DNA of 63,995 nucleotides, the filler included, from Porpidia crustulata (taxonomy: Eukaryota), in assembly GCA_964255105.1 (NCBI GenBank). It is 3 parts of 3 records of this genome, joined end to end, with 100 filler letters (N's around TTAATTAATTAA, not from the genome) between each part and the next. Parts side by side here need not be neighbours in the genome. Positions count along the whole stretch, not along the records: positions 43,683 to 63,995 come from CAXUWE010000118.1; 2 more parts are not named here. One strand, written 5' to 3'. This document shows positions 48,629-62,600 of the stretch, one piece after another. Under the pieces are notes generated by a model that was given only the letters and a program-made list of their open reading frames with translations, ran no database searches and was not told the DNA's origin. Numbering within the stretch: the stretch's first letter is position 1; every line of letters starts with the position of its first letter. Made by a program: the position numbers and the translations under genes.

Positions 48629-50282
48629 ATGGGAAAGAGGAAGAGAAATGTGACGAATGGTGCTATAAACGGTGGTGCAGCAGTTAATGGCGATCATCAA
48701 GAGTCGACCAACGACAAAAAATCAAAGCCAGAGCCAAAAAAAGTAACGTTGCTTGTGAGAGATGGCGGTGCTAGTACTTCAACAAACATCCAGATAGTGG
48801 TTGGCACATATGAAAAGATATTACATGGCGTCACGGCGACGTTTTCGGAGGGACCTGGTGAACTTTCTGGAGAATCCGTGGATTTTGCTGATACTTTTCT
48901 TTTTAATGCACACGCCTCAGCCATACGATGTCTAGCCATCTCTCCACCGTCCTCGAATACAGACGCTACGCAATCGGCAAAAGTCATTCTTGCCAGTGGT
49001 AGTTCTGATCAGATCATAAACCTTTACCACATCTCGACATCTCCCCCCCCAGCTCAGAAAAGCCAATGGGTATATGAACCAAGTTTAACTGGCCACAAGG
49101 TTACAGCGAATCCGAAGAACAGGGAGCTTGGATCCCTTCAACATCACAATTCAGGTGTTAATGCGCTCGAATTTCCTTCTCGTTCTAAACTTCTATCCGC
49201 AGCGGAGGATAACACTGTAGCAGTAACTCGCACGCGTGATTGGACGGTACTATCCACTATCAAGGTACCGATACCAAAAGCTCACGGACGTCCAAGCGGT
49301 GATACCGCCGCTCTGGGAGACACGCCTGCTGGCGTTAATGATTTCGCGATTCATCCTAGTATGAAACTCATCGTAAGCGTAGGAAGAGGAGAAAAATGCA
49401 TGCGACTCTGGAATCTAGTCACTGGGAAGAAGGCCGGTGTATTGAATTTTGAACGAGATTTATTGCAAGGGATCGGCGAGGGAAGATGGGCGAGTGGAGA
49501 AGGACGAAAGGTTGAATGGGATAGTCTCGGAGAGGAATTCGCAATAGGTTTTGAAAGAGGCGCAGTAGTATTTGGCATGGTAATTTTTATAGACCGTATT
49601 ACTGACGGACATGAATTGCTGACAATTTGAAAAGGACTCCAAACCTAAATGCAGGATTATACCTTTTCCCCCATCGAAGATACATCAACTTCATTATATG
49701 GAAATGCCCACCGGAAATGACAGCGTGCCCGACAAGTTAGCCATTTCAACAGAAGATGGCCGCATCCTATTTTATTCCACAGATATGAGTGGAGAAACGG
49801 AGAAGAGTGCCCAAGAAGCAGAATTCACAATATCAAATGCTAAAGCAATCGGCCAGATTGGAGGCAATCTAGATGAACTGAGAGGTCGTATCAAAGACTT
49901 TGAAATCTTGAAATTACCCGCTGCCAATGGCTCTACACAGAACCTGCTCATCATTACTGGCAGCAGTGATGGTTCGGTACGATTGTGGATGCTTGATCCA
50001 GCACAATTGACATCAGGAAAACCAAATCTATCCAGGCCCCCTAATGGTGAATTGCATGATCCGTCAAATAACAAGGACTTAGGAAAAAGCTTGAATCCAC
50101 TGTCAACACCTCAAGTTGGTCGTCTGTTGGGTACCTACGAGACTGGAAATAGAATTACTTGTCTTAAGGCTTTTATCATGTCTGAGTCGCAAGCTGCGGA
50201 AAATATCATACTAAAAGCTGAAGGTACAAGATCAAGCGGAAACGGCTCTGAATTAGATAGCAATGACAATACTAGCAGTTGA
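48629..50282 (+). CDS. MAK11: WD40 60S ribosome biogenesis protein Mak11; one intron ~49580-49634
   Basis: IQIVVGTYEKILHG, FLFNAHASAIRCLA, NRELGSL, VNDFAIHPSMKL, MRLWNLVTGKK, RIKDF and GNRITCL. Confidence 0.9.
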
Positions 50283-51100
50283 AAGCCCTTAGCAGACGTA
50301 TGCATCGTTGTCCTTGTATTAGACTTTTTTCACAGGACTCTTCATCATATTATGGCCGAGCTTCAGAGGTCTGTTTGCGCTGCTCAATTTCCTGCCCATT
50401 CTTCAAAGCCTCTCCATGACGAATTTTCACGTCCAAGACCGTTTCTTCCATGATATTTTGCTAGGAAAATTCGGCTCAACATTCTTAATGCTTAGAAGGT
50501 CTTAGGCGTCACACTTCATAATTTACTAGCAATTATTCGCATGACTGGAATCTGAAATAAAATGAAACTATCACCAGAGATAACATGCCTGCTTTCAAAG
50601 AAAACCTAAGTTACATTTTTACCGTCGATGACTTGATGAAATGAACAAAGGAAGCAAGTTTACCCTCCATTAATTAAGTTGTGCACAGCAGGATCAGTAG
50701 CATAACTAGCCACCTAGCCTCATGCAATTATATGTATAGATGCAAGCGCTAGACACGCGCTCCCGATTCTAAGCGGCAGCAGGGCTTAGCGCACAGGCGG
50801 AAAGTAAGAAGTTGACGAAAGTGAATATTCTTAGCGGACGAAATAGATATTGACTTACCTCCCAATTTACCAGGCTCATCCGTACTACGCAATCGATTCG
50901 TGGGTATCGATCAGCAGTACCTTAGCTGTCAGACATACCGCGTTGCAAATCCAAGATCCCATTAGGTACTGCAACGATCCTTCTTTCACCATCAAGGATC
51001 AAATCCCCTCCATTATTGAATAGAAAAACCAGCGCAATAGAGCACATCTGCAAGGAGATTTTAATTCTCCAGGGCGCCTAGCAAATCTTATACTGTAATC

Positions 51101-52754
51101 ATGGCTACGAATGGTGAGATGCCCTCGGACGACGAGTCTCTCGGAGGTTCCCCACCTTTTGAAGCCGTCAATGGCCACGATAATGATGATATTGATGACG
51201 AAGAACCGCTTGACAAGCCAAAGTCTGCGCTAAAAAAGATATCGCGACCTGAGCCAACACCAGAGGTTGTGAGGCCAGAGCTCCCAGAACAACCAGATCC
51301 GCGAACCCTAGATGTCTCTACACTAACCCCACTTTCCCCGGAGATCATTGCTAGGCAAGCCACGATAAATATTGGTACCATAGGCCATGTCGCGCATGGG
51401 AAATCGACAGTGGTAAAAGCAATTTCGGGTGTTCAAACGGTCAGATTCAAGAACGAGCTAGAGAGGAATATTACAATCAAGCTTGGATACGCGAACGCAA
51501 AAGTCTATCGGTGCGACAATGAAGACTGCCCGAGACCAGGGTGTTACAGAAGTTTCAAAAGTGAGAAGGAGGTTGATCCACCGTGTGAAAGAGAGGGATG
51601 TAGCGGTCGTTATAGACTACTTAGACATGTCTCGTAAGTAGCCATCTCCTTCACCTGACCATCGGACTGACTTTGGCCGCAAAGTTTTGTGGATTGCCCT
51701 GGTCACGATATCCTCATGAGTACAATGTTGTCAGGCGCCGCAGTCATGGATGCAGCGCTTCTCCTGATAGCCGGCAATGAAACATGTCCTCAGCCCCAAA
51801 CATCCGAACATTTGGCAGCCATTGAAATTATGAAGCTCAATCATATCATAATTCTGCAGAATAAAGTTGATCTCATGCGAGAAGAAGGCGCTGAGCAGCA
51901 TTACCAGTCTATTCTCAACTTCATCCGAGGTACCGTCGCTGACGGATCACCTATCATCCCCATTTCCGCTCAATTGAAGTACAATATTGACGCCATCAAT
52001 GAGTATCTCGTGACTAAAATACCCGTCCCCGTCCGAGATTTTGGCGCTGCACCACACATGATCATCATTCGCTCGTTTGATGTCAACAAACCTGGTGCCG
52101 AGATTGAGGACCTGAAAGGCGGTGTCGCTGGCGGAAGTATCTTGACTGGAGTATTGAAATTAGGGGATGAAATAGAAATTCGGCCCGGACTGGTCACCAA
52201 GGACGAACAAGGAAGGATCAAATGCCGGCCTATTTTCAGTAGAGTTGTTTCTCTCTTTGCAGAACACAACGATCTCAAATTTGCTGTACCTGGTGGCCTG
52301 ATTGGTGTTGGAACTCGTGTGGACCCTACACTTTGCCGAGCAGACCGACTCGTTGGATTTGTACTCGGATTGAAAGGTCGACTTCCAGCCATCTATACAG
52401 AGATTGAAGTCAACTTTTTCCTCCTCCGTCGGCTCCTTGGAGTCAAGACTGCAGACGGGAAGCAAGCTAAGGTCGCCAAGCTGGCAAAGAATGAGGTCCT
52501 AATGGTCAACATTGGGTCAACGGCTACAGGGGCTAAAGTCATGGGCGTCAAGGCGGACGCAGCAAAACTAAGCCTGACAAGTCCGGCATGCACAGAGATT
52601 GGGGAGAAGATTGCTCTTAGTAGGAGGATTGATAAGCATTGGCGACTCATCGGATGGGCGAATATTGTTGCGTGAGTTCGTCCGTTACAAGTCCAGGTCT
52701 GACAAGCTGACGGTAGCCTTCAGAGGAAATACGCTAGAGCCGAGTCTTGATTGA
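51101..52754 (+). CDS. GCD11: Translation initiation factor eIF2 gamma subunit, 3 exons
   Basis: [39 protein letters not shown] and [13 protein letters not shown]. Confidence 0.97.
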
Positions 52755-53511
52755 AGACGATGACATGGCTTTTGCAGCCTTTCCGTCTTACTCAGGAACA
52801 GATGAGTTTGATCAGCTCAGCATCCACAGTGAGTACTGCTCAGATCTACACGAGTCTAGCCCTCGATGTGTACATTGCGCGTAAGCGCTTGATCTCATGC
52901 GACAAAGATTCACGGAGTTAGCAATGGGTGAGCTTGAACTCAAGAAATAAGGAGGTGTATGTCAAAAAGGCAATTATGATGCAGTACATGGGCCGCAATG
53001 AAACAATCGTAGAAGCTGCAGTGGTGGGAATGAATCTTACCGAGGACTCGAATTGTAAATTGGTTACATGTTTTGTGCTGCTCATTGTCATTTGAAGACC
53101 GGAACCGGTTGAAAACGCTTGTATACCTTTTCGCCGTTACTCACTGATCCTGACACGATTAATTTGTTCGTTGGCTTTCCAAAAGTACTTAGAGGAATGA
53201 ACACGGTCCCTCGGGTGGATTTTGACACATTGTCGAACCGTTACGGCAGCCCAGAACAACACTCCAGACCAAAACTTTTATCCAGTCGTGCCAGCTCCAA
53301 TTCAGGAGCTCTTCATACACCATCAACCAACACGACCCGCCTTTGTAATCCTACCACTCTTTAGTTTTCTTATTCTAGGTATTAGATGCCTTCTTTGCGT
53401 CTTCACACTCCCTTCTGAAGTATTTCAAGCTTTCTACCTTCATACGCAATCGACCAAGGTCGACACAGTTACGCGGAAGGTGAATGAGCAACCTGGCTCA
53501 CCGCCGCAACG

Positions 53512-56500
53512 ATGGCAGCCCTTCCTATTCGCTTTACGGAGCTTTTACAGGTGAGACTGACTCTTGGTTTGATGAAGAAGCTGCATCTGGGATACCTGCT
53601 AATCTACCTGGGGGCAGTTGACGCAGTCGCAGATTGACGTAGGTTGACCTCAGCCATGTTAGACTGACACCATGGTCTATCTGATAGGCTTCAGCTGACG
53701 CCTTGGAAAGCCGGCATCCATAGGTTTCAATTCATGCGTAAGTTGGCGCTCCGTGAACATGTCGAATCGTTTCCATTAATCCTGGCGTAGACATTAGAAT
53801 CCGACCAATATATCTGCGTGCGCCAGAAACTCCCTGACGACGAATCACCTCAGTGCATCATCATCGATCTCAAGAACAACAATGAAATCATTCGGAGACC
53901 TATCAAGGCGGACAGTGCTATTATGCACTGGACCAAGCAGGTTATTGCGCTGAAGGCCGCCCAGCGAACCTTACAAATATTTGATCTTGCACAAAAAGTG
54001 AAGGTTCAGTCGACCACAATGAGCGAGGATGTACTATTCTGGAAATGGTTCAGTCCAATTAGCTTGGGCCTGGTGACAGAAACAAGTATATATCACTGGG
54101 ACGTTTACGAGCATGGCCAGACCAGTCCTATAAAAATATTCGAGCGCAACAACAATCTCTCGGTACGTTTGTGTCGTTATAAGTAGGGCCCGGCTAATTA
54201 TGTGGCGATCAGGGCTGTCAAATTATCAACTACCGTGTGAACGAGGATAACAGATGGATGGTTGTGGTCGGTATCTCGCAGCAACAGGGTCGTGTAGTCG
54301 GCGCAATGCAACTGTACTCGCGAGAGCGTGGTATAAGCCAAGCTATTGAGGCTCATGCCGCGGCTTTTGGTTCGGTCCGTCTCGAAGGAGCCCCTGCAGA
54401 CACACGTCTTTTCACCTTCGCTGTACGAACAGCGGTGGGTGCCAAGCTTCACGTGGTAGAGATCGACCATCAGAACACAAATCCTGTGTTTCCTAAGAAA
54501 GCTGTTGACGTCTACTTTCCGCCGGAAGCGACCAACGATTTCCCAGTAGCCATGCAAATATCCCAGAAGTACAGTATCATCTACCTCGTTACCAAATATG
54601 GATTCATCCATCTTTACGATCTGGAAACTGCTACCTGTATCTTCATGAATCGCATCTCGAGTGAGACTATATTCACCACAACTCTCGATTCCGAATCCTC
54701 TGGTATCATTGGGGTAAACCGTAAAGGACAGGTGCTTTCTGTCAGTGTTGACGAGAATACAATCATACCATATCTCCTACAGAATCCCGCGAATGGTACT
54801 CTGGCACTTAAGCTCGCTTCGAGAGCAGGTCTTCCCGGCGCAGACAGTCTATATCAGCAGCATTTCGAACAGCTCTGTACGCAAGGCCAATACCAGGAGG
54901 CTGCTAAGATTGCTGCAAGTTCTCCTCGTGGATTCCTACGGACACCTCAAACGATCGAGCGCTTCAAGCACGCTCCACAAGCGCAAGGACAACTTTCAGT
55001 AATACTACAATATTTCGGTGTCTTACTTGATAAGGGCAAACTTAACAGAATCGAGACCATCGAGCTTGTTCGTCCTGTCCTCGCGCAGAATCGCAAGCAC
55101 CTTCTCGAAAAATGGCTTGGGGAGGACAAATTAGAGTGCTCAGAAGAGTTGGGCGATATCGTCCGATTGCACGACGTCCAACTTGCGTTGAGTATCTATT
55201 TGCGTTCAGATGCCCCCCAGAAGGTGGTTGCAGGCTTTGCAGAGACTGGCCAATTCGAAAAAATCCTTCCATTCGCTAAAGAGAATGGCTACAACCCAGA
55301 CTTTGCACAACTTCTTCAAAGTATTGTGAGGGTAAATCCCGAAAAGGGCGCTGAATTCGCCACGGCACTTGCTAATGATGAGAGCGGACCACTAGTAGAT
55401 TTAGAGCGCGTAGTGGACATCTTTCAATCACAGAACATGGTACAGCCAGCTACAGCTTTCCTTCTGGATGCACTCAAAGATAACAGGCCAGAGCAAGGAC
55501 ATCTGCAGACACGTCTGTTAGAGATGAATCTGGTTAACGCTCCTCAAGTCGCAGATGCTATTTTGGGTAACGAGATGTTCTCACATTATGATAGGGTTCA
55601 GATCTCGCAGCTTTGCGAGAACGCGCAACTGTATCAGCGAGCGCTTGAAAATTCGGACGATCCAGCTGCGATCAAGCGAAACATTGTGCGGACTGATAAG
55701 TTTAAGCCGGATTGGCTGGTAGACTACTTCGGCCGAATGTCTTTAGAGCAGTCTTTGGACTGTCTAAATGAGATGCTCAAGGTTAACATTCGCCAAAACC
55801 TACAGGCTGCGGTACAGATTGCCACCAAGTATTCTGACCTGTTGGGCCCAAATAGGTTGATCGAGCTTTTTGAAAAGTATCGAACAGCTGAGGGTCTCTA
55901 CTACTATTTGGGTAGTGTCGTGAATTTGAGTGAGGATCCGGAGGTTCACTTTAAATACATCGAGGCGGCGACAAAGATGGGCCAATTCACAGAAGTAGAG
56001 CGGATCTGCCGGGATAGCAACTACTACAATCCGGAGAAAGTCAAGAACTTCTTGAAGGAAGCCAAGCTGACCGAGCAACTACCACTCATCATTGTCTGCG
56101 ATCGCTTCAATCTTATCCACGATCTGATACTCTACCTCTACCAGAACCAGCAGTTCAAGTCGATCGAAGTCTACGTACAACGAGTAAACCCTGCAAGGAC
56201 ACCTTTCGTCATCGGTGCCTTACTCGACGTTGATTGTGACGAGTCGATTATAAAGAATTTGCTGCAATCCGTAGATCCCTCCTCTATCCCCATTGATGAC
56301 CTGGTCTCTGAAGTCGAATCACGCAACCGCCTCAAGCTTCTTCTACCTTTCCTCGAGGCAACGCTTGCAAGCGGAAATCAGCAGCAGGCTGTTTACAATG
56401 CGCTTGCAAAGATATACATTGATAGCAACAACAACCCGGAGAAATTTCTAAAGGAGAATGACATGTATGATACGCTTGTTGTCGGTAAATATTGCGAAAA

Positions 56501-58826
56501 ACGGGACCCTAATCTTGCATATGTTGCATACCGGAAAGGATCAAATGACCTTGATCTTATCAATATAACCAACGAAAATTCCATGTTCAAGGCACAATCT
56601 CGGTATCTTTTAGATCGTGCTGACCGCGAGATATGGGCTTTTGTGCTGAAGGATAGCAACAACCATCGACGTTCACTAGTCGATCAAGTTATATCAACGG
56701 CCGTTCCTGAATCAACAGAGCCTGAAAAGGTGTCTATTGCCGTGTCAGCATTCTTGCAAGCCGATCTGCCAGCTGAACTCATCGAACTGTTGGAAAAGAT
56801 AATTCTTGAGCCGTCGCCGTTTAGCGACAATGGGAGTCTACAAAACCTACTCATGCTCACCGCTGCGAAGGCCGACAAAGGCCGGTTAATGGACTATATC
56901 CATCAACTTTCGGCGTACAATGCGGAAGAGATCGCCACTATGTGCACATCGGTAGGCCTCTTTGAAGAAGCTTTCGAGGTTTACAAAAAAGAAGACAATC
57001 ATACGGCGGCCACGAATGTTCTCGTCGAGCATATTGTCAGTATTGATCGTGCACAAGAGTACGCTGAGCGTGTTGAGCTTCCTCAAGTGTGGAGTCAGGT
57101 CGCGAAGGCTCAATTGGACGGCGTGCGTATTAGCGATTCCATCGTGTCATACATTCGCGCAGAAGATCCAAGCAACTATAACGAAGTCATTGAATCTGCA
57201 ACACGTGCCGGTAAAGACGAAGAGTTGATTAAGTATCTCCGGATGGCAAGGAAAACCCTACGCGAGCCACCTGTTGATACAGCACTTGCGTTTTGCTTTG
57301 CTCGAACAAACCAAATGAACGAGCTTGAAGACTTTTTGCGTTCGACCAATGTCGCAGACGTCGAAGCTTCAGGTGACAAAGCTTATGAGGAAGGCTATCA
57401 TCAAGCCGCAAAGATCTTTTATTCGAGCATCTCCAACTGGGCCAAGCTTGCCACTACCCTTGTGCATTTGGAAGAGTACCAAGCCGCGGTGGAATGTGGT
57501 CGCAAAGCAAACAGTGTGAAAGTCTGGAAGCAGGTAAATGAGGCCTGTATCGCCAAGAAGGAATTCCGACTTGCTCAAATCTGTGGGCTGAACCTCATCG
57601 TACACGCCGAAGAGCTACAAGGTCTTGTACAGCAATATGAGCGAAACGGGTATTTTGATGAGCTCATTTCACTCCTCGAAGCCGGCTTGGGGATGGAGCG
57701 GGCTCACATGGGTATGTTTACTGAACTTGGCATTGCACTTTCCAAGCACCATCCCGATCGAGTCATGGAGCATCTTAAGCTATTCTGGTCTAGAATAAAC
57801 ATCCCAAGGATGATTCGTGCCAGCGAAGAAGCACATCTATGGCCTGGACTTATTTTCCTATATTGCCACTATGACGAATGGGACAATGCCGCGCTTGCGA
57901 TGATGGAGCGTGCAGCGGATGCTTGGGAACACCATTCTTTCAAAGACATCGTTGTCAAGGTCGCCAACCTTGAGATATACTACCGAGCCTTAAGTTTCTA
58001 TCTCGAACAACAGCCTTCATTGCTTACAGACTTACTCCAAGCGCTGACACCCCGAGTCGATGTGAATCGAGTAGTCAAGATGTTTGTGAAGTCCGATAAT
58101 ATTCCGCTGATCAAGCCTTTCTTGCTCAACGTCCAGACACAAAACAAGAGAGCGGTTAACGATGCAATCAATGATCTGCTAATCGAAGAGGAAGACTACA
58201 AGACGCTGCGGGACTCGGTCGAAAATTATGACAACTACGACCCGGTCGATTTAGCATCACGTTTGGAGCAGCACGAGCTTGTTTTTTTCCGGCAAATTGC
58301 CGCAAACATTTACCGGAAGAACAAGCGATGGGAGAAGTCAATTGCCTTGTCCAAGCAAGATAAACTATTCAAGGATGCTATCGAGACGTCTGCGATGTCT
58401 CAGAAGAGTGAGGTCGTGGAGGACTTACTTCGCTATGTATGTCGACTTACGCTATCATTGATATTCTGGCTGACCTTCTTGCAGTTCGTCGATATCGGCA
58501 GCCGAGAGTGCTATGTTGGCATGCTGTATGCATGCTATGATTTGATTCGCCTTCACGTTGTCATGGAACTGTCATGGCGTCATGGTCTAACCGACTTCAC
58601 AATGCCTTTTATGATCAATTACATGAGTCAACAGGCGTCAACGATTGAGACGCTGAAGAGAGACAACGAGGAGCGGAAAACTCGCGAAGCCAAAGAGCAA
58701 AAAGAGGAGGACAATACACCGATCTTGGGAGGTTCGAGGCTGATGCTCACACAAGGGTCGGCAAGCCCAATGCCATACTCGCAGACCAACGGCATAACTC
58801 CGCAACCAACTGGCTACCGATTCTAA
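53512..58826 (+). CDS. CHC1: Clathrin heavy chain, with 5' micro-exons and a 48-nt intron at 58437-58484
   Basis: MAALPIRFTELLQ...GFNSCTLESDQYICVR, RRPIKADSAIMH, DFPVAMQ and clathrin repeats through a 1529-aa ORF. Confidence 0.97.
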
Positions 58827-59684
58827 ATGTCTGACACGGGAAGGGATCTCTTCCGAAGAAGCGTGGAATCTGACTCGAGAGAGGCTGAGGTAGGGTGGGC
58901 CTGTGGATGGGGCTATTGCTCTATCTCCGAAGATACGGTTCTTGCGACTAGAAGCTTCTTGGTGTGCTATGGGAGTGTTCCGCAACAGTTCTGCCGAGCC
59001 TTGAAGGGATTAGCTCGAAGTGTATTACTTGCACAAGATTTGACGATTTAGCGAGCTTCGATAGATGTAAGTTTAGGTAGTAGCAGATAATTGAGCAGCC
59101 AATTCGCTTGATGATGGTTCATGCATGACATTGCCAGCCGATGGCTGCCGGTGGTGCTCGAATGAAATGGTGTTGTTTGAGGCAGCCTGTCTTGGCTACA
59201 TGTTCGGAGATCCTTCTTGAGGCATAGTTGGCGGAGCTGTTGCGACTGACCGACACCCTTGGATGGACAAACGGGAAACCCACTCCGGAGGGTACAAGCA
59301 GTCCACGATCCCACGTATGCTCTCGCCATGTATCTTTTCTGGAGTTGCTTCCATTCGTGCGAATTGCACGTTGCGTGATGATTTGCGGTATTGGTAAGAC
59401 TACACCGTAAGATTATTATTTTGTGCTTATCGCGCACGTTGCGCTATCACGTATTTAGATAGTTGCATATCTTGCTTCTCAACCATTCCGCCCCGCCAAA
59501 ATCCTCCGTCCTTCCTTTTATCAATTGAATCATGCAAAACCTCTGAGACCACGTAACATCTACTTCATTGTACTCTTTCAAGCATCGTACAGCTTCAGTG
59601 TCAATTACAACTGTCCACTCGACCCGCTGACTTCGTTCCCTACGTTGGCATCGTCCCCGCTCCTCCGCAGTTCAACCCTTCACC

Positions 59685-62600
59685 ATGCCTGACCAGCACG
59701 ATCAGTATGCCGAGCATTTTGATGCCGGGCATTCGGGGAAGGACCATACAGTACATCAGAGGATGAGGGCAAACTCAACAATAATGGAGTTGAAGAAAAT
59801 ACTCGGTGCGCAATACACAGAGTGGACTAGGCGGTGAAGCTTGATCATGGCATGAGCGTTCAATGCTGACATTCAATCCCTCGTAACTTCTAGTGGCTAA
59901 TAGAGGAGAGATACGTAAGACCTCTTGACACTTGGTCCAGGAAAGATTCCATACTGACTGTCATACTAGCTATCCGAGTAAGCTAGCTCAATCGTCCACA
60001 TTCGGTAGAGATATTGGCTTACTCGAATGCGGTTATACAGATCTTCAGGACGGTAAGTTTGTTTATGCAACCAGGCTGTCCAACTAGACATTTCTGCTAA
60101 TTTTTTTTTGGAAAATATGTCATGAGACTAACATATACGTCTCATTAGGCACACGAGCTTTCCCTACAGACTGTAGCAGTCTTCAGGTACGTCAGAGGCT
60201 ATGTCCAACCTTGATTGCTTGCTAAGTGTTATCAGCTATGAGGACCGTCTTAGCATGCACAGGCAAAGTCAGTTCAGCTTGAAAAGTTGTTCTCAAGTGT
60301 AATCTCGCTAATGAAGGCCTCATTGCTCTAGAGGCCGACGAAGCATATGCAATCGGCAAAAGGGGCCAGTACACGCCTGTTGGTGCATATCTGGCCGGGG
60401 ATGAGATCATAAGCATTGCCAAGCAACATGGTGTCAACATGATCCATCCAGGCTATGGGTTCCTGTCCGAGAATGCAGGCTTTGCAAGAGCCGTGGAAGC
60501 CGCGGGTCTTATATTTGTAGGACCAACACCTGAAACAATCGATGCGCTGGGCGATAAGGTTTCGGCTCGTATTTTGGCACAGAAAGCAAAGGTGCCGGTT
60601 GTTCCTGGCACACCAGGTCCTGTCGAAAAGTTTGAAGATGTCAAGGCATTCACAGATGAGTATGGGTTTCCAATTATCATCAAGGCCGCTTTCGGTGGCG
60701 GTGGACGTGGGATGAGAGTGGTGCGAGAGCAAGCAACTTTGAAAGATTCGTTTGAGCGGGCAACATCAGAGGCTAAGTCTGCTTTTGGCAATGGAACGGT
60801 GTTCGTGGAAAGATTCCTGGACAAGCCAAAGCATATTGAAGTGCAGCTGCTCGGAGATAACGAGGGAAATGTGGTACATCTCTACGAGCGAGACTGCAGC
60901 GTCCAGCGCCGGCATCAGAAAGTCGTCGAGCTGGCCCCGGCCAAGGACTTGCCCGTTGAAGTTCGAGATAAGATTCTCGGGGACGCTGTCAAGCTGGCTC
61001 AGTCTGTCAACTACCGGAATGCAGGGACTGCTGAATTCCTGGTGGATCAGCAAAACAGATACTATTTCATTGAGATCAATCCTCGTATACAAGTAGAACA
61101 TACAATCACCGAAGAGATTACAGGCATTGATATCGTTGCGGCTCAGATCCAGATTGCTGCTGGTGCGAATCTCAAGCAGCTTGGGCTGACGCAAGATCGA
61201 ATCTCTACTCGCGGATTTGCCATCCAGTGCAGAATTACCACTGAAGATCCGGCTAATGGATTTTCACCCGATACTGGTAAAATTGAAGTGTACCGTTCCG
61301 CTGGTGGTAACGGTGTGCGTCTTGATGGGGGAAATGGTTTCGCTGGCGCGATCATCACACCGCACTACGATTCCATGTTAGTCAAATGTACTTGTCTCGC
61401 TTCGACCTATGAGATTGTCCGCAGGAAGATGCTTCGTGCCCTGGTAGAGTTCCGAATCCGTGGCGTGAAGACCAACATTCCTTTCTTGGGGTCTCTGCTC
61501 ACACATCCTACCTTCATCGAAGGCACTTGCTGGACCACATTCATTGACGATACGCCGGAGCTCTTCTCTCTTGTGGGAAGTCAAAATCGTGCACAAAAGT
61601 TACTGGCCTACCTCGGAGATGTCGCGGTCAACGGAAGCAGCATCAAAGGCCAGATCGGAGAGCCGAAGTTCAAGGCAGACATCATCATGCCTGTGCTATT
61701 AGATGAACATGAGAAGCCTCTTGATGTTTCTCAGCCATGTAAGGAAGGGTGGAAATATATTCTCGACAAAGAAGGCCCGGCGGCGTACGCAAAAGCTATA
61801 AGGGAGAACAAAGGCTGCCTGGTCATGGATACGACATGGCGTGATGCTCATCAGTCGCTACTGGCTACGAGGGTGCGGACGGTGGATTTGCTAAACATTG
61901 CGAAAGAGACAAGCCATGCTTATGCCAACTCCTACAGCCTGGAGTGCTGGGGAGGGGCAACTTTCGACGTTGCGATGCGTTTTCTTTATGAAGACCCCTG
62001 GGATAGACTACGTAAGATGAGAAGGGCCATTCCCAACATTCCCTTCCAGATGCTTCTTCGAGGTGCCAATGGTGTTGCCTACTCGTCCCTGCCAGACAAT
62101 GCCATCTACCACTTCTGCTTGCAAGCCAAAAAATACGGAGTCGACGTCTTCCGGATATTCGATGCACTGAATGACATCGATCAACTTGAGGTCGGCATCA
62201 GAGCTGTGCAGGAAGCTGGAGGTGTAGTCGAGGCGACGGTTTGCTACAGTGGGGACATGCTTAACCCAAAGAAGAAGTACAACCTTGAATATTATATGGA
62301 CTTGGTCGCAAATATTGTGAAGATAGGAACTCATATAATTGGTATCAAAGACATGGCTGGTGTATTGAAACCAAGAGCAGCAACTATGTTAATTGGCTCT
62401 ATCCGAAAAAAATATCCAGACATCCCAATCCATGTCCACACCCACGACTCGGCTGGTACGGGCGTAGCAACTTACGTTGCATGCGCAGAGGCGGGTGCTG
62501 ACGCTGTAGACACGGCTACTGACAGCATGTCCGGAATGACTTCCCAACCCAGTATCGGGGCTTTGCTTGCGTCGCTCGAAGGCACTGGTCTCGAGCCCGG

